A stretch of DNA of 32,000 nucleotides from Candidatus Methanophagales archaeon (GCA_013139985.1 WSZT01000246.1:1-32000), one strand, 5' to 3'; positions 1 to 8,779 are shown, numbered from the stretch's first letter. Program-made: numbers and translations. The notes: generated from the letters alone by a model not told the origin.

Positions 1-112
1 AAAAGGCAAAACCTTTTCAGAAAAAGAGATGCTAAAATTATATTTAGAACGACACAAAAAACATCCGAATTGGAACTACACAATCAAACCACAAAAAGCA
101 TAAAATCGGAAT

Positions 113-805
113 TTATTTTACGGTGGCACCTAAAGGTTTTACAACGCTCTCAGTTTTCAATCCACATGCCTGCACATCGTCTGTCTTTACCTTAAAAGTA
201 TAAGCACCAATAGTCCACCCTGCGGTCTCGAGGTTGCTAGCGCCATACTTGTTATTCAACGCCGCAACGGTTATGTCTGTAAATTTCTGATAATTTACGA
301 CATCATATTTTATTTGCCCATCAGGACCATTTATAACGAGCTCAACTTGATCCTCAGGAAATAAGTTCATTCCACCGGTATCTATTGTAAGTTTTGTTCC
401 CAAAGCGATGGTCGATACCTCCTTTGTACCTACTTTGAGTTCTAATGGCATAACCGGCTCTTCCACTAAAAGCTGGGCTTGGTCGGCAGTATTATAGGCT
501 ACATAATAAGCACCTGATGTTGGCCAATTAACGTTGTAAATTTGGTTTTTAGCATCTGTGGTATACACATTCTTTACATCACCACTTACTAGCCTGGATA
601 CTGTCACTGTCCCGGTGAACCCGACAAATTGCAAATTCTGTCCGATTAGCACTTTTTGGGCTGGCTGCATTTTTAAGATATAGTTGAAGTTATCGCCTCT
701 ACTCGCTGCACCTACCATCGGTACAGTCGCTGCAAGTACAGAAACAATCATAATCGCAGCCATTGAAATACCTATTATCGCTTTGCCTTTCATCTTTGTT
801 CCCAT
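113..805 (-). CDS. secreted or membrane-anchored hypothetical protein
   Basis: 230-aa ORF. The N-terminus MKGKAIIGISMAAIMIVSVLAATVPMVGAAS reads as a signal/anchor helix. AGGAGG lies 13 nt upstream of the first ATG. No family recognised. Confidence 0.6.
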   Translation of the reverse strand: MGTKMKGKAIIGISMAAIMIVSVLAATVPMVGAASRGDNFNYILKMQPAQKVLIGQNLQFVGFTGTVTVSRLVSGDVKNVYTTDAKNQIYNVNWPTSGAYYVAYNTADQAQLLVEEPVMPLELKVGTKEVSTIALGTKLTIDTGGMNLFPEDQVELVINGPDGQIKYDVVNYQKFTDITVAALNNKYGASNLETAGWTIGAYTFKVKTDDVQACGLKTESVVKPLGATVK

Positions 806-896
806 TTTTTCTTTTTTGCCTCCTAAAATATTCTACTGCACTCATCGCATTAAAATTTCTTGTGTAAATCAGTGTAATCTCGTGGTTTAAAACCCA

Positions 897-1967
897 TTAC
901 TCGAAATCCGGCAACGCCGAACAAGCCCGACAACGTACACAGCCCGCCTTATTCTTCTTCTGGCTTACGCCAGTATCGCGTAATATCACCGCCACCTGCT
1001 CGTATATCGCACGCATCCTATCAGGACTTGGCGGCTTCTCCTTCTTGAGCAAAGAACCCGGTATAGGACGCAGAGGCACAATAAAGGGATACACGCCAAG
1101 TTCCGCTAATATCCTGCTGCCATTTATAATAGATTCATCACTCTCGCCCAGTCCTGCAATCACATAACTACTGACCTGACTATCGCCAAAAACATCTACA
1201 CTCCGCTTCCATGCATCCACATAATGCTGAAACGGGATCTCCGCCTTGCACGGAGCCACATACTTAAGCACTTCGCGGTCGAAGCTCTCCACATGGATAC
1301 CCACGGTATCCACCGAATCCGAGAGCCGGTCAATAATACGAAGGTCTTCGGGCGGTTCGAATTGAGCATGAATAAGCAACCCGGTTGCTTCTTTTATCGC
1401 GCTCGCTATTTTTGCAAGGTGGTCTATACCATTGTCAGGCGTGGAAGTTGTACCCGTAGTAAGTGTTACATGCTTTACATGATCCAGCTTTTGCGCTGCA
1501 AGCGCCACTTCGGCAAGTTGCTCCGGCGTCTTCTTCGCTATTGTCGCACCACTCTTCAGTGAGAGCTCGATTGCGCAGAACTTACATCGCTTTGCCGTGT
1601 TCCAGTAAACGCAGGTCTGTATCGTGGTAGTAGCCAAGCAGTTCGCACCATGTAGAAGAGCGATTTTATAATAGGGTATCCCCTCTTTAGTCTGTAACTC
1701 CTGGAACTTCGCTTGCGGGAATTTAACTTCAGTAATTCGTTCACCTTCTCTCTTGATCACATATCTTCCTCCGTCTTCGGCTTCCACTGTATATGGTGAC
1801 TGAGCGACGAACCAGCTCTGTGTTGGAACGTTAACTACCGTGCCGCCAAAGAGGAACATACCACCTGCGGCGGGTCCCGCACCCGCTCTCCTACCCTTAT
1901 CCAAGCCGGACGCTCTTGCGCCCAGACATAACAAATCCACTTTCAGATTCTTAGTTTCCATTGCCAT
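897..1967 (-). CDS. radical-SAM-like Fe-S enzyme (TIM-barrel type), unassigned subfamily
   Basis: 356-aa ORF with the Cys triad C-x8-C-x2-C (TCVYWNTAKRCKFCAIE) and a C-terminal C-x2-C-x2-C (CVRCRAC). It overlaps the upstream COG1900 gene by 25 nt, which suggests an operon. Confidence 0.6.
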   Translation of the reverse strand: MAMETKNLKVDLLCLGARASGLDKGRRAGAGPAAGGMFLFGGTVVNVPTQSWFVAQSPYTVEAEDGGRYVIKREGERITEVKFPQAKFQELQTKEGIPYYKIALLHGANCLATTTIQTCVYWNTAKRCKFCAIELSLKSGATIAKKTPEQLAEVALAAQKLDHVKHVTLTTGTTSTPDNGIDHLAKIASAIKEATGLLIHAQFEPPEDLRIIDRLSDSVDTVGIHVESFDREVLKYVAPCKAEIPFQHYVDAWKRSVDVFGDSQVSSYVIAGLGESDESIINGSRILAELGVYPFIVPLRPIPGSLLKKEKPPSPDRMRAIYEQVAVILRDTGVSQKKNKAGCVRCRACSALPDFE

Positions 1968-3472
1968 CTCCGCTCTTTACCTATCAATCTACTTATACCA
2001 TCACTTGTTATCATCCCAGTGACCTTTTGGTCCCTGTCAATGACGGGTAACGCGGAAATGTTATATCTCTCCAACTTTCTTATCACCAGCTCCAGAGGCT
2101 CCTCGGAATCCGCAGTTATCACATCCCTTGTCATTATTTCAGCCAAACCCTCGTGCCGCGTAGCCACAGCCGTTGAGATGTCCCAGGCTGTTACTATCCC
2201 TTCAAGTATTCCTTCTTCTGATATAATAGGGATATGCGTAATCTGAGATTTCATCATCAATTTCGCAGCATCTGCTATACTTGCGCTCTCGCTTATAGTC
2301 GCAACTTCTCGTATCATCACGTCCTTCACCGGTGGCAGTTCCTTCGTCTGTTTCATTGGTTTACAGACAGTATCTGTAGGCAATCGCTCTACAGGCTGTG
2401 TCAGGAAGAACTTGCCACCCTTTATCTCTCTCTTCAACGCATCGGCAACTTTATTCGCCATATAAAAACTAGAAAGCGGCGAAGTTGGCACTTCCTTCCC
2501 TTCTATCTCGATCATACCAGACTTTAACTCTTCGTATGTTACTTTTCTTATTACCGGACGTTCTCTCCTGAGAACACTAAAATCAAGCACTTCTGTTGTA
2601 AGGTCTGCATCCCGTACCCCTGTTTTCGCCGCTATCCTTGCATTCAATACAGGTATCGGTATTCCAATACCTACGTACAGCGTTACGCCATAGCGGTATA
2701 AGGTGGCACCTCTTATGTATTCCGGACTCATCTCCTTCAAGTTCCCGGAGACCATTAATGTTCCAAAGCGGCTAATAGGCTCATGCTGCGTTCCCATCCC
2801 CACTATATGGCCTTGAGCACCACAGAGGAAAATCCTTGTACCTATCCCTATGGTCTCGAAATCAGGATCGTTAGAAATAGGTGACAGTGTGCCGGCACCA
2901 CAATAATTAGCATTGCGTGAATTCGGAAGTAGCATACCCATATAAGTGTATAACGTCCGGTCTGTGGAGTTTGTTGCTACTTCATGGCGCTGAAAAGCAT
3001 TTCGTGGATTTAACATAACCGCCTGATTCAGGTCTTCAAGTGTAATTGTTGTTTCTAGCTCTTTTCTGGGATAGCAATCTGTGCCAGAGCTAAGGGCCTT
3101 CACTTCTATCTGCTTACCCGCTACTAAATCTTCTATTACATATCCACCGCCATAGTCTAAGCCTTTGCTCTCTGATAATTGCGTTGCGCCGATATAAGCA
3201 TCTACCGCTGCGATTCCTGTATACGCTTCTACATCATTAAGCCACACTCGCTGCATTCTTATTGGCGGATCTGCCTGACCTAAGTTGATAAATGCACCTG
3301 AGGAGCACATAGGGCCAAAAGTGCCCGTGGTGACAACGTCTACTTCTTTCGCTGCTTCTTCCGCACCCAACTCGGTCACTATCTCACTCATTCTATCCGC
3401 CGTCACTACATGAACACTGCCATCCTCAATTCTTTCGTTTATCTCCTCTATGCTTTTCTTCGTCTCCGCCAT
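1943..3472 (-). CDS. COG1900/DUF39 homocysteine-biosynthesis protein with C-terminal CBS pair (MJ0100/MA1821 type)
   Basis: 509-aa ORF with a DUF39-like body (TGTFGPMCSSGAFINLG, GTLSPISNDPDFETIGIGTRIFLCGAQGHIVG) followed by two CBS repeats. The length equals that of MJ0100-type proteins. Confidence 0.8.
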   Translation of the reverse strand: MAETKKSIEEINERIEDGSVHVVTADRMSEIVTELGAEEAAKEVDVVTTGTFGPMCSSGAFINLGQADPPIRMQRVWLNDVEAYTGIAAVDAYIGATQLSESKGLDYGGGYVIEDLVAGKQIEVKALSSGTDCYPRKELETTITLEDLNQAVMLNPRNAFQRHEVATNSTDRTLYTYMGMLLPNSRNANYCGAGTLSPISNDPDFETIGIGTRIFLCGAQGHIVGMGTQHEPISRFGTLMVSGNLKEMSPEYIRGATLYRYGVTLYVGIGIPIPVLNARIAAKTGVRDADLTTEVLDFSVLRRERPVIRKVTYEELKSGMIEIEGKEVPTSPLSSFYMANKVADALKREIKGGKFFLTQPVERLPTDTVCKPMKQTKELPPVKDVMIREVATISESASIADAAKLMMKSQITHIPIISEEGILEGIVTAWDISTAVATRHEGLAEIMTRDVITADSEEPLELVIRKLERYNISALPVIDRDQKVTGMITSDGISRLIGKERRWQWKLRI

Positions 3473-3603
3473 ACGTAAATATAAGAGAAAGACCTTTAAA
3501 TATTTGTGTATTCAAAATATTTACCGGTGTTGCCGTTGAACGTGACGGTCAAATAATAATTTCTGGTAGAGGCCAGGAAGCAGCCGAAGAATTTGGCAAT
3601 ATC

Positions 3604-3894
3604 GTGGCTTCTGCTATGTATGGAAGGATAAGGGAGGTAGTAGGAAAAGTGAAATTAATGATCTGGGTGGGTATGTTGATATTCCTTGCGGGAATGGTAA
3701 TTATGGGTGCATATAGTCTATATCCTCTATTTAACCAAGAGGTAGGTGAATTTACAATCTTATTTGGCATTAAACTCAGTATGGCTTTGATGGGTGTCGG
3801 TGCGGTTATTATATTAATATCAATGTGCTTTGAGCGATATACGGAATGGAAGAGGATGAAAGAGGAGATAAGTGAGGAGGAGTTGAGGCCATGA
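3604..3894 (+). CDS. small two-TM membrane protein (start uncertain; GTG at 3649 is favoured by GGGAGGT at 3632-3638)
   Basis: Two hydrophobic helices and an acidic tail. The stop overlaps the next gene's start (ATGA at 3891-3894), implying translational coupling. Confidence 0.5.
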   Translation: MASAMYGRIREVVGKVKLMIWVGMLIFLAGMVIMGAYSLYPLFNQEVGEFTILFGIKLSMALMGVGAVIILISMCFERYTEWKRMKEEISEEELRP

Positions 3895-4211
3895 GCGTAA
3901 TAGTTGTGAATACTGATTTCGTTACGGGAAAGGAGATAGTAGAGATTTTAGGACTTGTAAAAGGTAATGTAATCCAGGCGAAGCATCTAGGTAAGGATAT
4001 AGTGGCAGGATTCCGAACGTTAGTCGGTGGTGAGATTTTGGAATACACGGAGATGCTGAGCGAGGCACGTGAGATTGCATTGAAACGGATGACAGAGAAA
4101 GCGGAAGAGATGGATGCGGATGCAGTTGTCAATCTCCGGTTTATGACCTCTATGGTGATGAGCGGCGCAGCGGAAATACTTGCTTACGGGACTGCCGTTA
4201 AGTTGAAGTGA
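3891..4211 (+). CDS. YbjQ/UPF0145 family protein
   Basis: 106 aa. The pattern TTDFVTGKEI..LGLVKGNVIQAKHLGKDI.AG.R.LVGGE...YTEML.EAR..A..RM...A...GADAVVN.RF is typical of UPF0145. Confidence 0.8.
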   Translation: MSVIVVNTDFVTGKEIVEILGLVKGNVIQAKHLGKDIVAGFRTLVGGEILEYTEMLSEAREIALKRMTEKAEEMDADAVVNLRFMTSMVMSGAAEILAYGTAVKLK

Positions 4212-4250
4212 GTAGGGAGACTAATTTGGAATATTAAAGTGTAAAGATGG

Positions 4251-4279
4251 ACGGCAAAAGCCATTTAATCTGCCGTTTT
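4251..4279 (+). terminator. hairpin plus T-run downstream of the ybjQ-like gene
   Basis: ACGGCA (4251-4256) pairs with TGCCGT (4271-4276), with a 14-nt loop, followed by TTTT. Confidence 0.3.
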
Positions 4280-4737
4280 GTTCACTACAAGTTGTGTCGC
4301 TGTTTTTCCAACACTCGGAACCAATTACAACAAACACTCCCTGAACTATTTATCTCATTCATAACTGATATAAATACAATATGATAATCTGAAATATTTG
4401 GGACAACGTCCTCCTTCTGTGACACTCAATGAGTTCATAGAAATAGACGCACGCACGTATGTATTCAAATCCAAGAAGTAAAAAGTCATGTTCTTGAGGA
4501 TTTCACGGCCGATCGTCTTAGTAAATGACTGCAAGACCTACCCTCATCCACATTCTACAGGGCGAGGAAACAAAGAGCAAACAAAAACACTTACGAATTT
4601 CTCATTGGGCTGTTACAGGAATTCACCAAAGATGGGTTGAATTAATTCCACTTCCATCTGGACGAAGGAAAGGGATTTTTCGATTTGGCCTGTGTAGAAA
4701 CGAATTGGACGTATTGGTCAAATAAAGACAAACGAGC

Positions 4738-5802
4738 TCAATATATAACTTCACTTAGAGAGTGTTCCTTAAGCGCCTCTTTTATCTCCCTTGATATTCG
4801 CCGACCGGTGCTCATTGGCACATCGTAGAGCAGTTGCGAATATGGCGAACCATTAATGTAGAGGTTCGTGCCCGCGACAATTCTGGCAGAAATCTCGAAT
4901 GCGATAAACTCCAGATCTTCTGTGCATACTGTCTCTATGCAGAAAGGACCGATTACGCCCGGACTGAACAGTTCCTGAGATGTTTCGATCACTTTCTGAC
5001 CCATTTCCAGTACTCGCGGTAGGAGCGACTCTCTAATTACCACTGGTAGATTGCCAGTAACCACAAATGAAGGTTCCGGATGACTATCCTGGAGGATATA
5101 CGATAGCCTGGCGATGCCATCTATGTTGGATTCATAACGGATGTCCATACTGAGGAGTTCCACCCGATCCTTTAACGGAGAATAGAAATAGTGCGGATAG
5201 AACCGGGTCCCTATTACATACTCCTGTAGTGTGAAATTCTCTTTATCGCTCAGTTCTAGTTCCTTGTGCTTCTGTTCAAACTCATTGGGATTACTTGCAA
5301 GGACATAGCCCTTCCCGCCCTTAGCACCCGGGAATTTCACTATTACTAATCGATCTATATCATTAGGGTCTTTGAATTCTCGTGGTAGTTTCAGCTCGGC
5401 ACGATCCATCCATTCTCGTTCCTTACCGCGATTGGCTTCCCAGTCCAGAACCTTTCTATTCCCGAACATGGGTACCGCGAGTTCGTTCTCGATCCTGATA
5501 GGCGAGAGATACTCCACAAATGAGCCATGCGGGATAAGAATGGCGTTTTGTGCTATCAACTTCTCTTGAAACGTTTTTTCCATGACCTGCGTGTATTTTT
5601 CGACAGTTAGTACTTCATCCGCCAACCCAAACTGCCGATAAACATCTTCTGTGCCTTCTTTGCAGATCACCATATTCTTGAAGCCTTCATCCCTAGCACC
5701 CTTAAGTATCTGGAGTGCGGTATGGCTCCCGATCGTGGCTATGGTGATCATTTTTGGGTCATAACCCTCCAGAATGCTATGGATTTCGCTTTGGTGTATC
5801 AT
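4738..5802 (-). CDS. purP: PurP-family ATP-grasp enzyme (FAICAR synthetase paralog)
   Basis: The start was moved to Met71 of the 424-aa ORF (MIHQSEIHSILEGYDPKMITIATIGSHTALQILKGA) because the longer form overlaps the upstream purP. It aligns along its length with the neighbouring paralog. Confidence 0.8.
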   Translation of the reverse strand: MIHQSEIHSILEGYDPKMITIATIGSHTALQILKGARDEGFKNMVICKEGTEDVYRQFGLADEVLTVEKYTQVMEKTFQEKLIAQNAILIPHGSFVEYLSPIRIENELAVPMFGNRKVLDWEANRGKEREWMDRAELKLPREFKDPNDIDRLVIVKFPGAKGGKGYVLASNPNEFEQKHKELELSDKENFTLQEYVIGTRFYPHYFYSPLKDRVELLSMDIRYESNIDGIARLSYILQDSHPEPSFVVTGNLPVVIRESLLPRVLEMGQKVIETSQELFSPGVIGPFCIETVCTEDLEFIAFEISARIVAGTNLYINGSPYSQLLYDVPMSTGRRISREIKEALKEHSLSEVIY

Positions 5803-5803
5803 T

Positions 5804-6931
5804 TCACGTAACCGTCTCTTCCAATCTGTTCTGTTGTATTGCTTTCCTGATTTCCATTGCCACCCGCTTGCCGACCGAAAGCGATTCGCCGTAGTAGTAG
5901 CCCGAATAGGGCGTGAACCGGGTTCCCGGCGAGCCCTGTACGCGCATGGAGATGTCAAATACAATCGCCTTTTCTGACGGTGGACCTGGTATGAACGCGG
6001 ATTGTAACGCAAAAGGCCCTATAATCCCTGGTGGATATTCCTGCCTTGCCACACGCACAAATTTCTCGCCCAAGTCGAATATCTGCTCTAATAGTGATTC
6101 CTTCACCGTGCATGATATGTGCCCGGCTTCGATTGCTTTCACATCTATGTACTTCAATGCTTCTAACTGCTGTGTTGCGGGAAGACGGAGAATGCCGTCT
6201 AAATTGGTCTGTCTCCGAGTGTCAGTCCCCAACAGTTCCAGTCGCTGGTCTAATATTGAATAGAAGTAGTTGAAGTTGGACTGCGTGCCCATAACGAATT
6301 CTTCTATTACCGCTTTCTTCAGTCCCGCCTCCGTTATCTTGCCCGCGTGAATCATCTGCTCTGAACTCTTATAGAACTCATCAGTGGAAGAAGCGAAGAA
6401 GAACGCACGTTCATACGTCCGCTGTGCTTCCGGTGCTTTAACCAGAACCAAACGGTCTATCTCCTCGGGGCTATTATAGGTCCTAGGATATGGAATTCCT
6501 CCTTTTTCCATCAGATAATACTGGTTCCTATCGGCATCTCGCTCCTCTGCTCGGAGTATGCCCCTGGTGCCAAAGAGCGGCAGCAGGAATTCATCCTCTA
6601 TCTGATCAAACCCTACGTACACCTCAAAGGAGCGGTGTGGTATGAAGATAACATTCTGTTCTCGCATTTCCTTCTGCACTCGTTCCTGTGTTATATCAGT
6701 GAAGTTATCCAGTATTATTGTCCGGTCCACTATACCAAGTGCGTCTTCCGTACGATAATACCTGGCATAGGTTTGCTCCCGGCCCTTCTGGCACACTACC
6801 AGCGTTCTGAAGCCCAGGTCCTTCGCGCCTCTGCATATATCCAATGCGGAATGTGACCCCAGAACGCCTATGGTCACCTCATTCAGGTTGTATTCATCTA
6901 AAACCGCTTTTATCTCTTCTTGTGAAATCAT
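5804..6931 (-). CDS. purP: 5-formaminoimidazole-4-carboxamide ribonucleotide (FAICAR) synthetase PurP
   Basis: MISQEEIKAVLDEYN..TIGVLGSHSALDICRGAKDLGF is the PurP N-terminal signature. AGGTG lies 6 nt upstream of the ATG at 6931. Its stop is 1 nt from the next purP start. Confidence 0.8.
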   Translation of the reverse strand: MISQEEIKAVLDEYNLNEVTIGVLGSHSALDICRGAKDLGFRTLVVCQKGREQTYARYYRTEDALGIVDRTIILDNFTDITQERVQKEMREQNVIFIPHRSFEVYVGFDQIEDEFLLPLFGTRGILRAEERDADRNQYYLMEKGGIPYPRTYNSPEEIDRLVLVKAPEAQRTYERAFFFASSTDEFYKSSEQMIHAGKITEAGLKKAVIEEFVMGTQSNFNYFYSILDQRLELLGTDTRRQTNLDGILRLPATQQLEALKYIDVKAIEAGHISCTVKESLLEQIFDLGEKFVRVARQEYPPGIIGPFALQSAFIPGPPSEKAIVFDISMRVQGSPGTRFTPYSGYYYGESLSVGKRVAMEIRKAIQQNRLEETVT

Positions 6932-7186
6932 ATGGAACACCTGTTAAATATTTGTGTTTAGTATAAAAAAACCTTTCTATCACACTTAAACTTGACTTTC
7001 GGAATTATATAAATCAAGGAAAAAGTTAACAGCACCATTTTCCCCCATCACCTTCTTTCTATTTGCCATAGGAGACATTTTAGGTATTCTGTAATCAGAA
7101 AGTTCATCTATCCTCCTTTCAAGACGCAATTTAATTCGGGAATATTTATATAACCGATTTAGTTACTTTTATGAGGAAAGACATAA

Positions 7187-7630
7187 ATGCGTGATGATAT
7201 TGGGCTGTCACTGGAGGAACTCAAGGAACACCTGGAAAAAGAGGGTATTCATCCGTCATACCATCGGTTGAAGATTCTGGAATATCTGATGAGCCACAGG
7301 ACTCATCCAACTGTTGAGCGGATACATAATGAACTTTCAAAAGAGATCCCAACACTATCAAAAACGACCGTTTATAATACTCTAAACCTTTTTGTGAGCA
7401 AGGGCATTGTCCAAGAGCTGACAATAGAAGAGAAAGAAGTGCGATACGATGCCGATACAAAACCACACGCGCACTTCAAGTGTATTGAGTGTGGGAGCGT
7501 GTATGATGTAGCTCTGGAATCTAAAATCTTTGAGCAGGGGCTGGTAACAGAAGAGGGTCATAAAGTTATAGAGTGTCAGGTTTACCTTAAAGGCATTTGT
7601 AACGATTGCTTAAAAAATGCCCAAAATTAA
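7187..7630 (+). CDS. fur: Fur/PerR-family metalloregulator
   Basis: 147 aa with a winged-helix N-domain (RLKILEYL..HPT.E.I), the motif HAHFKCIECG, and a C-terminal CNDC Zn site. Confidence 0.85.
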   Translation: MRDDIGLSLEELKEHLEKEGIHPSYHRLKILEYLMSHRTHPTVERIHNELSKEIPTLSKTTVYNTLNLFVSKGIVQELTIEEKEVRYDADTKPHAHFKCIECGSVYDVALESKIFEQGLVTEEGHKVIECQVYLKGICNDCLKNAQN

Positions 7631-7649
7631 ATTAAAGTCCCGAAAAATT

Positions 7650-7831
7650 AAAATACCAAAAACCAACAGAAAAAGTAGCTATTGGCGAAGTGTGGTGCAA
7701 TGTTTCGGACAGATTCCGTTGTATCCCACGCTGGATGACCTTGACCTTGACCTTGACCTTGAGTACCAGACCGATAAAATCGGCCCGAATGGCAGTATAA
7801 ATCTCTTATACTTAGATGTGCGGACTCAGAT
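7650..7831. repeat. degenerate, deletion-riddled copy of 11750-11885 + 12425-12460
   Basis: Aligned by eye. gctattggcgaag..tgtggtgcaa.gtttcg..ttccgttgtat.ccacgctgg..gagtaccagaccgataa matches 11783-11877. cgaatggcagtat.aatctctta matches 12430-12452. Confidence 0.7.
7737..7760. repeat. (GACCTT)x4 hexanucleotide microsatellite
   Basis: Four perfect units. The homologous site in the intact copy (about 11848-11860) reads ggacctcggtttt, with no repeat. Confidence 0.9.
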
Positions 7832-7927
7832 GAACGTTTTGCTGATTTCTGGATACGTACGTTACTTATAACAGGGAGCTAAGATGGACCTGATAGTGAT
7901 ATACAGCGGCGAGTTCGGAGAACGAGT
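7832..7927 (+). repeat. 96-bp direct repeat, copy 1 (partner at 12600-12695)
   Basis: gaacgttttgc[t/g]gatttctggatacgtacgttacttataacagggagctaagatggacctgatagtgatatacagcg[g/a]cgagttcggagaacgagt; 94/96 positions identical. Confidence 0.9.
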
Positions 7928-8040
7928 CATTGGAAACCTCATAAACTACTCAACGTTCTGCATATCCTGTGCAGAGGTGTGCACACACTATAAAGAGGAC
8001 AAATACTGTCTACTTGAACTCCTGCCGGTTTCAAAGGATT
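7884..8040 (+). pseudogene. DUF166 N-terminal fragment (about 52 codons)
   Basis: MDLIVIYSGEFGERVIGNLINYSTFCISCAEVCTHY matches the DUF166 N-terminus with its Cys cluster. The rest of the 108-aa ORF runs antisense into the Lrp gene and shows no DUF166 similarity. Confidence 0.55.
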
Positions 8041-8067
8041 TTAGGATTGAAGCGATTGATATGGCAG

Positions 8068-8646
8068 TCACCATATTTTACCCCGATAATGCCCTATTGC
8101 CGGGCAGCCCAGGCACTTGTATTCTCTATAACGTAGACAATGACCTGGCTCAATATCCACACCGCAGGGGCTTCGCTGGAATTGCCCCCTATTCATCGTT
8201 ACGGGCATGACCACATCCTTTGCTGACGATATAACGATATTAAAATCAATTGATTGTACTTCCGGGTGTACACGCAAATGATAATTCACAATAGCTTCCA
8301 GAGTCGCCACATCCTCGCTCACAAAGAACAAACACATATTGTTCTTTCCGCTTGTAATAAGCGCGTTTAGAAAGAACGGGCAGTCTGTGAAGGTGTTAAT
8401 TATCTTCGCCGAGTTGTTCGCAGTAACATCCACCTTAGCAATGTAAAGCCCAACTTTCGTGAGGTTCATTCCCACGAGTTCTTCAACAAATCCCCTTTCC
8501 TTCAGTTGTTTTAACCGCGATGCAACGGACGGTTGGGACAGTTTTACCTCGTCACCTATTTCCTTCTGCGAAATTTTGGGGTTATTGAGAACAAGCGCAA
8601 TAATTTTCTTGCTTTTTTCGTCCAGCTTTGGTTTCAAAACATGCAT
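8068..8646 (-). CDS. Lrp/AsnC-family regulator with a C-terminal 4-Cys extension
   Basis: HTH (KIIALVLNNPKISQKEIGDEVKLSQPSVASRLKQLKERG) followed by a RAM-like domain and a 40-aa tail C-x8-C-x7-C-x2-C. It is divergent from hcp. Confidence 0.8.
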   Translation of the reverse strand: MHVLKPKLDEKSKKIIALVLNNPKISQKEIGDEVKLSQPSVASRLKQLKERGFVEELVGMNLTKVGLYIAKVDVTANNSAKIINTFTDCPFFLNALITSGKNNMCLFFVSEDVATLEAIVNYHLRVHPEVQSIDFNIVISSAKDVVMPVTMNRGQFQRSPCGVDIEPGHCLRYREYKCLGCPAIGHYRGKIW

Positions 8647-8759
8647 TTTTACAGCACTTCGTGACCTATACTTGCAATAGCCCTATATAGTTTGACATTA
8701 TCTCCTATTTAGCATATAGCGTATAAGTAAATAAATCAAATTTTCGATTTTTATTGTGC

Positions 8760-8779
8760 TATAAAAAAGTGTATAATGC
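8760..8779 (+). promoter_or_regulatory. candidate TATA elements for hcp
   Basis: TATAAAAAAG followed by GTATAATGC, 42-61 nt upstream of the ATG at 8821. GAGG lies 10 nt upstream of the ATG. Confidence 0.35.

Noticed and set aside
1354-1362. GGTTCGAAT, a tRNA T-arm-like string
   Set aside because: It lies inside the radical-SAM-like CDS, with no acceptor, D-arm or anticodon-arm complementarity around it.
3549-3770. 73-aa minus-strand ORF
   Set aside because: The opposite-strand membrane-protein ORF has an SD and is translationally coupled to the ybjQ-like gene, so the plus-strand reading is preferred.
5803-6012. 70-codon N-terminal extension of the second purP ORF (424-aa version)
   Set aside because: The extension is Arg-rich, lies entirely inside the upstream purP coding region in another frame, and PurP homology starts at Met71.
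7087-7100. Palindrome TTCTG-TAAT-CAGAA upstream of fur as a Fur/PerR box
   Set aside because: It has only 5-bp arms, lies about 90 nt from the ATG and upstream of the likely TATA, and does not resemble known Fur/PerR consensus sequences. Chance occurrence is likely.
7617-7871. 84-aa ORF after the fur gene
   Set aside because: It reads across the decayed copy of 11.75-12.70 kb, including the (GACCTT)4 microsatellite (DLDLDLDL). It is not a credible gene.
8041-8210. C-terminal part of the 108-aa ORF 7884-8210
   Set aside because: DUF166 similarity ends near 8040. The remainder is antisense to the Lrp gene tail.
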